In this document: piece by piece, positions 24,381 through 37,064 of the stretch
How the letters are laid out: each line of letters opens with the position of its first letter
Numbering within the stretch: the stretch's first letter is position 1
From: Callorhinchus milii
Lineage: Eukaryota
Length of the DNA: 64,000 nt
NCBI RefSeq assembly: GCF_018977255.1
Contig: NW_024704742.1
Coordinates: 78,618,001 to 78,682,000, forward strand
Reading direction: 5' to 3'
Notes under the pieces: model-generated
What the model saw: the letters and a program-made list of their open reading frames with translations, nothing else
Database searches by the model: none
Told to the model about the DNA's origin: nothing
Made by a program: the position numbers and the translations under genes

Positions 24381-24676
24381 ATAAATATGTTTACCATGTA
24401 TTTGACTATTAGACCTTATATTCTCTTGTACAAAGATGGAAATAAAGTATTTATTTCCTGTAGCTTTGTTTGCAGTTATATTCAAACTGGTTGCATCAGC
24501 GAAACCCCAAATGAGCATCCTTCGAAATAAGTGAAGCACATACACCTCCTCTAATAGTCTGAACGTAGGCTTTTTTACATTCCACTTATAGGTTGTCTGT
24601 TGTTGATTCAGCAGTACTTTAGCTGCTTCTATTTTTACAGCAAAACTCAAGTTTTTTCTTTGTTTTAAATTCCAAG

Positions 24677-25098
24677 GAAAAGGAATTTATGTTCTTCAGA
24701 AATGTGTGATTGGAGAACCTAGCCAATGGTTGAACAGTGTTTCCACATGGGAAAATCTTCAGGACTTTCATAAACCAGAAGAACAAACTTTAGGTGTGAC
24801 TGAAAACGGGCTAAAACGGCCATCCCAGGAAGAAAGCAATGAGACAAAGACTAAAAGAGAAAAGTTAGACAGTGACCTAGATGAAGCCGCAGTTACAGCC
24901 CCGGATAAAAGTCCAACCGGACAATCTGATCTCCTTTCAAAAACTCAAGGAAACCGCCAGGAAAGTGTTACAGCATCACAGAGCACACTGCCCCCTGATG
25001 AGCCATGTAAGCCTACGAATGAAAGTGATACCACCAGAATGAGTTTCAGAGTCTCCTGTCGTTGCAGTGGCAAAATGGCTAAAAGGTTTACTGCACAG
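24677..25098 (+). CDS. THUMPD2: THUMPD2 coding exon 3
   Basis: ...EPSQWLNSVSTWENL...SFRVSCRCSGKMAKRFTAQ (THUMP domain start); aag|...|gtaatt; 422 nt, phases consistent. Confidence 0.95.
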
Positions 25099-25123
25099 GT
25101 AATTATTTTCAAATGTATTATGT

Positions 25124-25439
25124 AATAATAATAATCCTTGCATTTGATATAGCGCTTTTCACGTCTTCTCGACGTCTCAAAGCGCTTCACAGAATATACT
25201 GTAAAGTGAATTGACTATATTTCTGGGCGAACGCGGCAGCCAATTGCGCACAGCAATGTCCCACAAACAATCGTAGATTGAAAATGATCAATTTATTATT
25301 GTTTTGTTTTTTGGAGGGATTATTATTAGGCTCTGTGTGGAGTAAGGAAACTTGACTAAGGTTTCGCCCTCTGCCTGGAATTGAACTCAGGTCTCTCGCT
25401 TACAAAGCGAGTGCTCTAACCACTGAGCTACAGGACTCC
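25124..25439 (-). mobile_element. Young tRNA-derived SINE, full length
   Basis: Reverse complement of the 17232 family. Confidence 0.9.
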
Positions 25440-25703
25440 ATAATACTGCATAATACTGCATAATGCACAGGGAATTAATATTGCAGGAACTTTGAGCAGA
25501 ACAGAGAAGTTCTGAAACAAAATGATTTTTTTACTCTGTAATTGGAGAAAACCAAGGCAGATTTATAATTTGTAGGCTGTTTTCCCTTCCCTGTAAAACA
25601 CTTTGGGATGTTTTAATTTTCCAGGTGCTGCATCAAATGGTAGGATTGTTGCATATTTTCCTGTAAGTCCTTATCTGCTCCTTTAAGGAGGGAGGGAATT
25701 TGG

Positions 25704-26020
25704 AGGTTTGGAGCTCGGTGGTTAGAGCACTCGTCTGGCAAGCGAGAGACCTGGGTTCGGTTTCCGGCAGGACAAAACCCTGGGCAAGTCTCCTTACTCC
25801 ACATGCCTGAAAATAATCCCTCAAGAAAAAACACATAATAAATTGGTCACTTCAATCCACGACTGTTTTTGGGACACTGCTGTGCACAATTGGCTGCCGA
25901 GTTTCGCCCACAAATATACAGTCAATTCACTTTACAGTATATTCTGTGAAGCGCTTTGAGACGTCCAGAAGATGTGAAAAGCGCTATATCAAATACAAGG
26001 ATGATTATTTTTATTATTAT
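25704..26020 (+). mobile_element. Young tRNA-derived SINE
   Basis: Same family, more diverged. Confidence 0.85.
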
Positions 26021-26239
26021 TGAAACACTGCAGTATAATAAAGCCTATTGCAAATGTACCAGAAGTCAGTGGTTAATGAAATAGTGTGACTGGTTGCTGA
26101 GCTGGCATTAATTCTGCGCTTCAAGAATATTGTGTAAATTTAAAAAACTAATGTACAGGTTTTTAAAAAGGCCACTTTTCCACTGCTATAGTGTTTGCTT
26201 AAAAAACAATGCAGATCACGTTTCTGTTTGAGACGCCTG

Positions 26240-27352
26240 GTTGCTTAAAGCATTCTTCTCCAGCCCCCACACTGTCGTGTCCCCCAGTGCTCTGTCCTTG
26301 GCCCTCTCCTCTTTAATATCTACATGCTCCCCCTTGGTGACATCATCCGCAGACATGGGGTCAACTTCCACATGTGTGCAGATGACACCCAACTCTATCT
26401 TTCTGCCTCCACCCTCAACTCCAGTACCACTGCTGTCCTGACAGACTGTCTGTCGGACATCAAGTCCTGGATGAGGGCAAATTTCCTACAGTTGAATGTG
26501 AACAAGACTGAGGCCCTCCTGATTGGCTCACACCAGCGCCTCAGCACCTCAGGCTCTGGCAACATCAACCTCCATGGTTGCACACTGCAACTCACCAAGA
26601 CAGACCTAGGGGTCTTGTTCGACCCTCAACTGTCTTTTCTCCCTCACATTCAACCAATGACCCGCTCTGCCTTCCCTCACCTCCGTAACACATCGCCCGA
26701 CTCCGCCACTACCTCACCCCTCAGGCCGCTGAAACTCTTGTTCATGCCTTCATCACCTCCAGGCTCGACTATGCAAATGTCCTGCTTGTCAGCCTTCCCA
26801 ACTCCTCCCTCCACAGGCTGCAGATAATCCAGAACTCTGCAGCCCGTGTCCTCTCCCGCACCAATCTCCGTGATCCCATCTCCCCCACCCTCGCCCGACT
26901 CCATTGGCTCCCTATCCTTCAAAGGATCCAGTTCAAAATCCTGGACCTCACCTACAAAGCCCTCCATGACCTCGCCCCACCCTATCTCTGTGACCTCCTA
27001 ACCCCCTACCAACCCACCCACTCGCTCCACTCAGCCATCTCCGGCCTGCTCCATGTCCCCAGACCCACCCGCCCATCATTGGCAGGAGAGCCTTCAGCCA
27101 CACTGCCCCCAACCTCTGGAACTCCATCCTCCAATCAAACCGCCTCACCCCCCTCCTTAGCCTCTTTCAAGTCCCTTCTCAAGACCCTCCTCTTCGACTA
27201 TGTCATTGGTCACCCCCCTTCCCCTCCCCTCCCTTCTCCCCCCTGACCGGAGCTCGGGTCTGAAATGCTGCACAGTGCCAGTCCCAGTGCCTTGGGACTT
27301 ACTCCCGATGTGAAAGGCACTATACAAATCTTGTTGTAATCTTGTTGTTGTT
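26240..27352 (+). mobile_element. 5'-truncated L2 LINE (RT C-terminal half to 3' tail)
   Basis: [25 protein letters not shown]...[15 protein letters not shown]; (ttg)n tail. Confidence 0.92.
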
Positions 27353-27950
27353 GATCATCTTTAGATTTGCATTGAGTTACAATGTGACTCACAAGATCAC
27401 ATTTGAGATTGTTCCTAACTTGTATTTGGACTAAGTGTATTTCTACAATACAGTACTCCTTTTGCTGATTTTACTCCTGATTTTCAAATTGCACATTGTC
27501 ACTGTAAATTTATATTACAAGATGTGTTGGGTGGAAACATTATTGCCAGGGGCAATTTTGGAAGTGCTAAAAGTGGTAGCCCATAAAATCCATGGACACT
27601 ACAATTTACAGTAAATTTTGTGACGTTTCGATGATGAGATGTGAAATCCACTGATTGCTATAGTGTGCTAAAAAAATGCAACAAATGAAAAAATTATTAT
27701 TCAGACAGGTACTGATGAAGAATCCTTTGATTTGATTCTTTCTAGAATATTCATCTTACCATCATGTCATTAAACCATCAAACTATTTCTTAAATAACTC
27801 CAGCATACTGTCTTCTACTATATCATAAATTTTCAACTCTTCCTGGCCAGGTTTTCACAGACGCAGAATGTGAATTTGCAGTTTTTTTGTTGAAGATCAT
27901 AAGGCCTTGATTGTGAATGTACTGATCCTGCAGATATTATTCCTTCACAG

Positions 27951-28028
27951 GAGTTGGGAAGAGCAATTGGGGTTGCACTTGCCAAGGAAATGGGCTGGAA
28001 AGCAGAGTTGAGAAACCCTACACTCGAG
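27951..28028 (+). CDS. THUMPD2: THUMPD2 coding exon 4
   Basis: ELGRAIGVALAKEMGWKAELRNPTLE; cag|...|gtaaga; 78 nt. Confidence 0.95.
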
Positions 28029-29133
28029 GTAAGAGCATAGCAATTGGGTACCTGCATTCAGATTTGTCCTTACCTTCATGTCAGCCACAGAAAATGTAGT
28101 CAATATCCTGAGTTTTGTACCCTGTGCTTGGAGCCTTATTTTATTATGTGCCCATGATGTTAGTGATTTATCTTATAGAAAGGTTTCTGCTTAATTTCAC
28201 ATGATCTTGTGCTATGCTGCCAAATTCACTTCACATCTTGCCACATGGGCCAAAAATATCAGCATAATATATGATGCTTAAGCCAGTTCTGCAAATTTAT
28301 GAATCACCACATTTGCATTTTAAAATTGTACATCAATCCAAGAAGCCAACACTGAGTACTACTGGCAAAGCTTCATAAACCTTAATGAAATACTTTTAAA
28401 CAGTCCTACCTCAGTCACTATGGTGGTTTCGGGGACAACCTCTGTACATCCCAAAATGGCTCTGTTAACTTCAGTCGGAAACAGCATTTTAAATTGATTT
28501 ATGAACAAATCTGCAGCTACTGAAGCTGGACCAAAATCACTATGCCTGACTTTAATTTAGTCATCACACCTGTCATAAGGAAAGACCTTTATTTCTTAAT
28601 GAGATACATTCAGTTGGAGCTAATAGAAACCTTTCTGTTTACCTATTGTTTGCTTGCCAAGGTTGCAGGATGTTTTGGGCAAAGGATATCTAACCCTGTT
28701 GTTACCTAAGTAAAACCTTCTCAACTTGCTTCCAGCAGCTACCAGGGTTAAATCTCTGATTTTTTTGCCTAGTGATTCTGATTGAAATTAATTTAGTGGC
28801 GCCAGGTTGTGTCTGAGATCTACTTCAATAGAACAGCTGAGGGGGAAGTGGATCTGGAACATCAGATGGTATACAAGACTAAAAATAACTAGTCAAAATT
28901 GCCAAGGTTTTCTATAAGGTAGTAAACAGCATTTTGATGGTTTTTTACTTTTAAAGAGAGATTTACTTTGAATGGAAAATATTTTTGTCATTTAGTCCAG
29001 CTACTGAATTATTTAAATCTCGAGTTCTATGCATATCCTGTGCATGCCTGTACTATTAAATAGTTATCATTTATAAACTACTTTTCTAACGTATGTGATA
29101 CCAATTAGATTTAATTCAATGCCTTCTTTGCAG

Positions 29134-29186
29134 GTCTTTATTCATTTAAGTGACATTCATTGTGTGGTTGGAATTCCTATTGTGAG
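29134..29186 (+). CDS. THUMPD2: THUMPD2 coding exon 5
   Basis: VFIHLSDIHCVVGIPIV(R); cag|...|gtatca; 53 nt. Confidence 0.93.
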
Positions 29187-29294
29187 GTATCAATCTTTAT
29201 AATTATTTTGCTTGACTTTTTTTCTTAATTGCTAGCACGTTATTACACATTGTACACGCATTCTAACTAGCATGTGTTCTTGTATATGTCCTAG

Positions 29295-29382
29295 GCTCCC
29301 TTTAGCTAGCAGAGATTATATTAAAACCGTTGGATTAAGATCTACTGTAGCTTGGGCAATGGCATATCTCGCTGACATCAAG
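29295..29382 (+). CDS. THUMPD2: THUMPD2 coding exon 6
   Basis: LPLASRDYIKTVGLRSTVAWAMAYLADIK; tag|...|gtaggc; 88 nt. Confidence 0.95.
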
Positions 29383-29790
29383 GTAGGCATCAATGTTTTA
29401 ATAATATTTGTGATTGAATATGGGATTTTTGCTTATTAACTACATAAAGTATTGCGCTTCCCTGCAGCCACTTAACTGAGATCAATTACATAATTTTTCA
29501 CTCTGTTTTTCCCAGGACCTCAAACTGAAACTTCTAATCTCCTTCGGTATCCTCTTCTTTCTGCAATAATGAAGCCTCTCAAAGCTAAACATAGTTTGGC
29601 TTGTCGTTACTTCTGAATTTATCTCTTCTACCCTATTTTTTTCAACTTGGTGGTATCCTGCATTATGTATCTAATGTATATTTACTGAGCTGTGATGTTG
29701 ATGGTGGTAAGTACTGTATACTATACTGTGATAATTTTTAAATTGCATCATGCAACTATAAAACATAGGACTATTTCCCCCTGTTTCTAG

Positions 29791-29862
29791 ACTGGTTCAT
29801 TTGTCTTGGATCCAATGTGTGGAATGGGAACCATCTTGGTGGAAGCTGCCAAAGAATGGCCT
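29791..29862 (+). CDS. THUMPD2: THUMPD2 coding exon 7 (SAM-binding motif I)
   Basis: TGSFVLDPMCGMGTILVEAAKEWP; tag|...|gtaagt; 72 nt. Confidence 0.96.
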
Positions 29863-30161
29863 GTAAGTAATGAATCAGAACATTCTGCATGTCGAGCGAG
29901 CAGGGCAAGTTGTTTTTTGAACATTGCATAATATTAAAGCTGAGGCATTACTGAACTGCCTCGTTTAAATTCATATTAAATTACTGTACGGGTGGGCAGC
30001 AGTAGCCAAATATGTCTGGTAGGACATTGATAAAGTTTGGGCCTACTTGTACAAATTGCTGATATGATCAGTTAAAATAGTTTTTTTTTAGTAAACTCAG
30101 AAGACAGCAACATTTAAAAGAAAAGCTGCACTCAGAACTTACTATATTTTCACCATTCCGT

Positions 30162-30282
30162 ATTTCTTACCACAATTTTTTTATCGTCTTAATAACTGCT
30201 TCAGTTTTTGCTTTGAAGAAGACAGTTTACTACTGGAGAATGAAGCAGTTATCAAGATGGTAAAAAAATTGTGGTGAGAAAT
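30162..30282. repeat. Inverted repeat / foldback core, probably an old MITE
   Basis: 'atttcttaccacaatttttttatcgtcttaataactgcttca' pairs with 'tgaagcagttatcaagatggtaaaaaaattgtggtgagaaat'. Weaker symmetry extends to ~30045-30415. Confidence 0.75.
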
Positions 30283-31436
30283 GCAAAAGAAAGAAAGTTG
30301 CTGTCGCATTTATTTGCCGATCACAATGTTCTGCTTTGCTTTCTCAGTTTTGACAGAAAAAGTCCCTGATCTTCCTGCATTATCCTGTCCATTATTCCAT
30401 GTAAAATTTACAAGTTTACCTCCAAATAATTTTGATATGATATATGGTTTCTTGATCTGGATTTTTTTTGGAGGGTGGGGGCAGCCAGTTATCTGATGTA
30501 CATAAAAATCCCATACATAAGAGTCCAAACCAAAATATTGAGAGTTCCACATATGTATGGTTTCCGTTTATCTGGTATAGAGTGAGTACTCTCTTCCCCA
30601 TAGGAACACTCCCAGAGAATTAGGTGCCGGTTGGCAACAACCATAACTTAAAGATACCAGAGCGTACATTGGGGTGCTGCAGGAGATTAACTAAAACCCC
30701 ACAGGCAACCATTGAAAATGAAGGCAGGCATGCATGTCCATTTAGAACCACCTTGCTCTTTAGGGCTTTGGCTTGCAGTGTTAACAGCATTGAATGGGAA
30801 AAATTCCATCCCAATGACTCCTGGTGTGCTCCTCCGAGTTTGAATAATGAGCCAGGCTGGTTGTTTCATCATCACCAGTGTTTTGGGATACCGAGGACCT
30901 AAGGTTGGGTATCAGACTACTGAGACTGCCATAGAGAATCAATTGTATTCTGATCTTACAATTTCTAAGCTGGTCTCCTTTCTTATCGCCCGGAGGTTGA
31001 TCAATCAAATCTGATAAACACCAGTTTTGAGCCCTCATTGAGTGGATAGCAGGTACCAATAACACTTTGGGAGCCACTCAGCAGAAAACGAGTGAGAGTA
31101 TTGCTACCATTCTTCTGCTCCCCCACAAAGCCTGTTTTCTTACACCAACCATTGAGAGATGGTTCAACCAGCTGGGGATTCAGAAGTTTAGCAGCAGCTC
31201 TTTACTGATCTGTGTACCGATGAAGGTAGACACCAATCCCTGGATATATGACCATGGGTTTGTATGAAACAATGTTTTGCTTTGTTATTGAATACTGGAA
31301 ATTCAGGAAAGGAAACTATTCCAGATGACTGAATGAAAATTTCTGTATTTATAGGAAAACTCTATCCTCTTAGTTGTAGCATGATGAAATTGACTATTTT
31401 GTTACGTTTACTCCTCCCCCCCCACCCCTTTTACAG

Positions 31437-31551
31437 AATGCCTATTACCAAGGGATTGACAACAATACCTCACAGTTAAAGATAGCATCCACCAATGTAT
31501 GCTTTGCAAAGCTAGCTGGCAACATTGATCTAATGAGAGCTTCTGTCACAG
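31437..31551 (+). CDS. THUMPD2: THUMPD2 coding exon 8
   Basis: NAYYQGIDNNTSQLKIASTNVCFAKLAGNIDLMRASVT; cag|...|gtattg; 115 nt. Confidence 0.92.
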
Positions 31552-31689
31552 GTATTGGTGAATTCTATGTACTCTGTCAAATGCAAGATTTATACTTTTC
31601 AATGATTTAGCTGTACCAAACTTTCAGTTAATAATGTGTGTTTCAAATTAGTTTTAGTTTTCAAGTTTAGAACTTTAGTTAATAGCACT

Positions 31690-31970
31690 GTTGCCTCTGA
31701 GTCAGACGTCTGTGAGTTCAAACCTAATTTTGGGACTTTGAGCTCCCAGTCCAGGCTGAAACTCAGAGCAGTGATGGGGGAATGCTTCGTCAGAGATTCC
31801 ATCCTTCAATGACACATTAAATTGAAGTCCCATCTGCATGTTCAAGGGGATGATAAAAATCCCATGACATTATTTGAAAAGGAAACAGTGCCAGTAATTC
31901 CATAGATTTTTTTTAAAAATGGCCAATCATTTCATGGCTTTTTGTGGTCATTGCTGTGTGTAACTAGACT
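31690..31970 (+). mobile_element. Old Deu-domain SINE, degenerate
   Basis: 'gcctctgagtcagacgtctgtgagttcaaacc...aaaatcccatgacattatttgaaaag'. Confidence 0.7.
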
Positions 31971-32324
31971 AATTAATAATTAGTTAACTTTCATGTTGGG
32001 AGGACGTCTTAAAAGGATATACTGTAAAATGTAATGACTATTTTGTGAGTAAATTTAATTTCTCAGCGTTTTAAATTTGGTCAAATGGATTTAATACATG
32101 GTGAATATTATAGAGTAGCGTTTTGGACCCCATAAACAATGTATTCATGTGTACATAGGGTATTGTGGAACCATAACTTCATGGCCCCCAATCTAATCAA
32201 TGTTTTCATTATTTGGTTCACTGGATGTCTCATGAGAAGCTTGTGGAACAATTCAATTCCTTGCTTAATTTTAAAATGTGTATTTTTTACGATAAACATT
32301 TAATTACTGCGTTGTACATTGCAG

Positions 32325-32445
32325 AACTGCCTCTTCTTTCTGAAAGTGTGGATGTAGTCATTTGTGATGTTCCATTTGGAAAAAAGTTTAAAATTTCACA
32401 AGACTCAAAGACCGCAATGCCACATATTATCAGAGAGATGGTGAG
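32325..32445 (+). CDS. THUMPD2: THUMPD2 coding exon 9 (motif IV-like DVPFG)
   Basis: (E)LPLLSESVDVVICDVPFGKKFKISQDSKTAMPHIIREMV(R); cag|...|gtaagt; 121 nt. Confidence 0.95.
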
Positions 32446-32709
32446 GTAAGTCACATCAAGTACCAGTGCTCTTTCTCAATCTAAATGTCAGTCTCATATA
32501 TTGTTAAAAATGTTTGATTGAAATTTTAAAGGGGAGGGGAAAGTATCACAATTTGATCATTGTAAAACTGCTGTGAAGAGGATTTCCTTACTGTATTGAG
32601 TAATTCAGATTATGTTAAAAAAAATTCTCTCAGAATTTTTAAAGGCTTAATTGGAATCCTATATGACTGCAGAGTAAGACCTTCTCTATAACAACCATTT
32701 GTTTTATAG

Positions 32710-33049
32710 GGTTCTTCGTGTAGGTGGGACTCTTTTGCTTTTACTTAGTCAAGAGCTGTCTTTGGAAATGCAGAGGTGGTTCAAGTCGAGGAACCAAAAG
32801 TGTGACCAAACAGAACTTTCTGCTGCAAAGGACACTGATAGATTATCAACGAAGCTTTGTTCAGACCCAGTGAAAGATTTTGACATTGTCGTTGAGGATA
32901 TTTCTTTGCCCGGCATCACTGGTGAAAATGAAAAATGTGAAATGAAAATAAAGGCTATTGCTCCCCTAGTATCGAATGGTATTTTCCAAGTGAGCCTGGG
33001 TGTAACTGAGGCAGCTATACACAGATACAAGAAGTGTTCCGTAACATGA
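32710..33049 (+). CDS. THUMPD2: THUMPD2 coding exon 10 (terminal). Joined CDS is 1530 nt / 509 aa; THUMP-domain SAM-dependent m2G RNA methyltransferase
   Basis: VLRVGGTLLLLLSQE...FQVSLGVTEAAIHRYKK-stop versus human VLHVGGTIVLLLSE...YKVSLGKTDAFICKYKK. All ten exon phases join in frame. Confidence 0.95.
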
Positions 33050-33283
33050 ATGAACATTTCCAATGTTGTGGATTATATAAGAGGACGTTTTCAAAAATGT
33101 TAAAATTACCTCCTGATGCAATTGTGTCAAATTCACATTGCTGAGTCTTAATCGGCTTACGCAAACGTCTTTGGAGCTAGTATTCAGTCAGAGGCCTTTT
33201 TGGATTCAGTGATTCCGCACAAAAAAAAATGACACGTATCAAAATAATTATCGAAGAAAACATGAAGATTATGATATAAATAC

Positions 33284-33289
33284 AATAAA
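33284..33289 (+). terminator. Candidate polyadenylation signal for THUMPD2
   Basis: First AATAAA after the stop codon; an alternative lies at 33813-33818. Confidence 0.4.
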
Positions 33290-34709
33290 GCTGAACAGAA
33301 ATAGAAGAGAAAATGAAGATAAGTTGAGCAGAGGACATGCAGTAATGTTTTTAAAATGTAATTCTTTAGACTGGATAACTATTAGTGGTGGGGCAAGCTT
33401 GATGGGCTAAATGACTTCCTAAACTTGTGTCCTCACCAAGTGGTTTGTTTTTGAACCAAATTGACTACTTGTCTAGCTGGAACTATATTAGTGTGAATAA
33501 TTCTGTTGTTTTTGCAAAATAATTGTGAGCATGTTTGGGACAGGCAATACCATTTAAGGTATAGTTTTATTGTAAAACCATAACTTGTTGTACAATTTTG
33601 CAAAAGTATTGATCCTTCTGTTTTGCTGAAGATTGCATTTTATGAGTGTGGATGTGTATTTGTGTGTGTGTATGTGTATTCCCAGATTTTTCAAACAAAT
33701 TAACATTGTTATATAATGTATAAATATTAGGTGCAGTATGACTAATGTATCAGCATGCAGGATGTTGATGGGATCCTGTTTTTTACATTTTTATTACTCC
33801 GCTCTGTTTTAAAATAAAATACAAAAAAAGTAGTGGTGACTGAGGACTTGTAACTTGTGTACCTTGTCTTCAAGATGGAAGATGAATCTGGCAACACTGG
33901 ATGGCAATTAGTCAGTCGCAGCAATCCTCACAGATTTTATTCCCCTTCCCTTCTTTTAAATCCTTGGGAGATGAGGATTCATCCTATTGTTGCCTTGTTG
34001 CATATCAACAAACAGGAATAGAATCAGAATCTCTATATGTGAGTGGGACCGGCGCAGGACTCGAGGCCTAACGATGAACGGGACCAGCGGGAGTAGTCTC
34101 CTTCGGTTGGTCCAGGTGCTGAGACTCTTCAAAATCTCCCGCCTGCACCAACTGCAGCTTGGTAGAATATAATGTATTGATATATTGTCCATTCTCAGAT
34201 CTCATCATTATCTTGCAGGTAAATCTATTTGAGTACCATCAAATTTGTATAATTAATCTAATACGATGCATTAATTCTGTAAATTTGCTTGGACCTTACG
34301 CCCATTTAAAAGAATTAACACCATTCACTAATGGAGATAATTCCACAGTTTTGGATGACATCCAATAGCCATGTGTACATTTAAACAAAAATGTATCTTC
34401 TCATTTGATCTATTTAATTTCTTTATTATCAATCATGAGATTCAGCTTTCTGCTGACATCAGGGAGATTGTTCCTGGTCAAGAAATGGATGAGATGAGGT
34501 TTACAACCTGTTCTAGACATACGCAGCCAGGCATTTATCTCAGTTGATCTTTTGCCTTTTGCACACTTAGGAAATTTATACTTGTCAAGACTGACCAAGT
34601 TCAATGGCACCATGTATTATAGAATTAGGGAAAGCGTGTTAGACTAAATTGACACATAATCTGTCAATGTAATAAAGGAAGAGCTGAAGGGATGGGCACC
34701 AACAACACC

Positions 34710-35025
34710 TTGCATTTACATAACGCCCTCCATGTCGGGTGGCGTCCTGGAGCGCTTAACAATGGTGGAGCCCGATGCCGAACCAGGGGGAAGGGGAAGG
34801 TGACGAGGCGCCTCGAAGAAGAAGGTCATCAGGCGCAACCTGGAAATGGGGAAAGGGGACAAGGTGAAGGGAATGAAGGAGAGAGTTCCATAGCTTCGAG
34901 ATGTAGTGGAAGGCACGACCACTGATGGTGGAGCGGAGGATTTGAGCGACAAAGAGAAGACCGGAGCCAGTTGAGTGGAGGCAGTGGGTAGTGCTATGAG
35001 GAGAGGAGGTTAGAGAGATATAATG
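34710..35025 (-). mobile_element. L2 LINE 3' end
   Basis: ISGRAFHYISKLWNSL on the minus strand; 'aacaacaccttgcatttacataacgccctccatg' tail. Confidence 0.85.
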
Positions 35026-35414
35026 ATACAATGATAATGTCAGAGTGCTTCATAAGAACAGGTCCCATCCTGAGCAAGCGAGAACGGCGTAAAATTGATT
35101 AAAGTGAGGGCATGGAATGATTTACAAGAAAGACAAGGATATTTATAAAACACCATATGATAATTCATGCGTTGAGAGGCTAATTACAGAAGGCCTTAAT
35201 TATGTAAGTCATAGCTACTGCAAATATTTAATTGTCAAATGCATAATTCTTAAATAATTTTTAATGATTAATTGTAATGATAAAAATAATTCTTAAATTT
35301 ATATAGTGCCTTTCAACATTGGGATGGCATCTCAAAGCACTTCACAGGATACACAGTAAAGTGTAGCGACTGTATTTTGAGGTATTTTGTACTGCAAAAT
35401 ATGCAAGCTTACCT

Positions 35415-35790
35415 AAAAATGCGCAAAAAAACTGCAGATGCTCGAAATCTGAAAACAAGAACAGGAGTCACTGGAAACACCTCTAATATACGTATATTTT
35501 AACACCTATTATACTATAAATAGAGGTGTTTTAACCTTTGTTGCAAACCCCCCCCACCTTTGGTTGTATCATTAACACCTCTTTAACCCATCATCCCCTG
35601 TCCTCTACCTCATTTTCTTCTTTGTCTTCCTTGCCCTACCTCCCCCCCTCTCTATTCGTCCTTAAAAGCCTCTCTTTCCCAACGTGCCCCAGTTCTGATG
35701 AAGGGTCATGGATCCGACACGTTGATCCACTTTCCTTTCTCCATAGATGCTGCCTGACCTGCTAAGCGTTCCCAGCGACTTCTGTTTTTG
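35415..35790 (+). mobile_element. Penelope-like insertion with inverted terminal piece and degenerate hammerhead motif
   Basis: The left part (35420-35480) and right part (35690-35790) are opposite-orientation pieces of the repeat at 4490. Flanked by tatgcaagcttacct (35400-35414) / tacgcaagcttagct (35791-35805). Confidence 0.7.
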
Positions 35791-36394
35791 TACGCAAGCT
35801 TAGCTGTTCTTAACACAAGGTTCATACACAGGTCATAATACATCAATGTAAAATGCTTGGATTAGCAGCTCATGCAAACATGAAATGTCTTTTTAAAATA
35901 AATTTGTTTTCATGTGTTTTAAACAGATATTTAAATAGAGCCTTAATAAAGCTCAAACGGTATCAGATTTGAAATGTAATAATACATCACTATTTCCAAG
36001 CAGAAGTAATGGCATAAATCTTTCTGTAGAAGAGTACCTGGTCACAATTTTAGTGACCAGGTGGACAATATGCTTACATTAGCAGCTTTTTAAATGCTAA
36101 CATTACTCACCACTATCAGCATGAAATAATTCTACAAAATATATTTAGTGTGGACTGGATCCAAATGAGACTTTGGCCCAATTTCCTAATAATCCTTGCA
36201 TTTTTTGATATATCACTGTATCATGTCTTCGAGACATCTCAAATGTACCTCACTGAATATACTATACAGTGAATTAACTGTTTTTGGGGTGAAATGCTGC
36301 AAACAATTGTGCACAGCAGTGTCCCAGAAACAGTCGTAAAATGAGGGACCTAATTATTTTTATTAATATTTCAAAATAGAATAGGTGTCACTTT

Positions 36395-36770
36395 TGCTCA
36401 GTTGGTAGCACTCTTCCTCTGAGAAAATTGTGGGTTCAAGCCCCATGGCAGGACTTTGAACTCACAATTTCGCCTGATATTCCAATGCAGTACTGGGGGT
36501 GTGCTGTATTGTTGAAGGTACTGTCCTCCGGATGAAACACTAAACCGAGGTCCCATCTGCCTGATTAGATGGACGTAAAAGATCCCATTGGCACTATTAA
36601 AAAAAGAAGTTTCCTGTGTTCTTTTCCAAAAATCCCCAAATAAAATTGGTCATTCACTTTATGGTTTTTTTGGGACATTGTTGAGCGCAAATTTACTTTT
36701 TTGCCTGCAAATATAGTCACTATTCTTTACGGTAAAATTCTGTGAAACGCTTTGAGATATCTTGATGCAC
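36395..36770 (+). mobile_element. Old long Deu-domain SINE
   Basis: 'gctcagttggtagcactc...cggatgaaacactaaaccgaggtcccatctgcc...aaagatccca'. Confidence 0.85.
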
Positions 36771-37064
36771 TTTGCACTTCTATGTTGCCTTTCACATCTT
36801 GAAGCATTTGTTCTATTTCAAGTACTTGCTGTATAGCAGTACTGCAAGGCATTGCTGATGACCTGGGCCAATAGAAAAGTGTGGAAATATTTGCAAAAAA
36901 TTTGGGAGCGTTGTGTGAAGGTTGCAGGAAATTGTGGAGGTCTTTTGTTAAATTCTGTGGGGAAGTTGCGGGGGTTGATTGATGCTATTGAGAGATGCAT
37001 TTTGCTGCTAACCTACATTTTTTCTCTTTTTCATTTTTAAAAACTAAACAAGAAGAAATAACAA

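Noticed and set aside
33956..34192. CpG-containing short ORFs downstream of THUMPD2
   Set aside because: No recognisable homology in any frame and no convincing exon chain.
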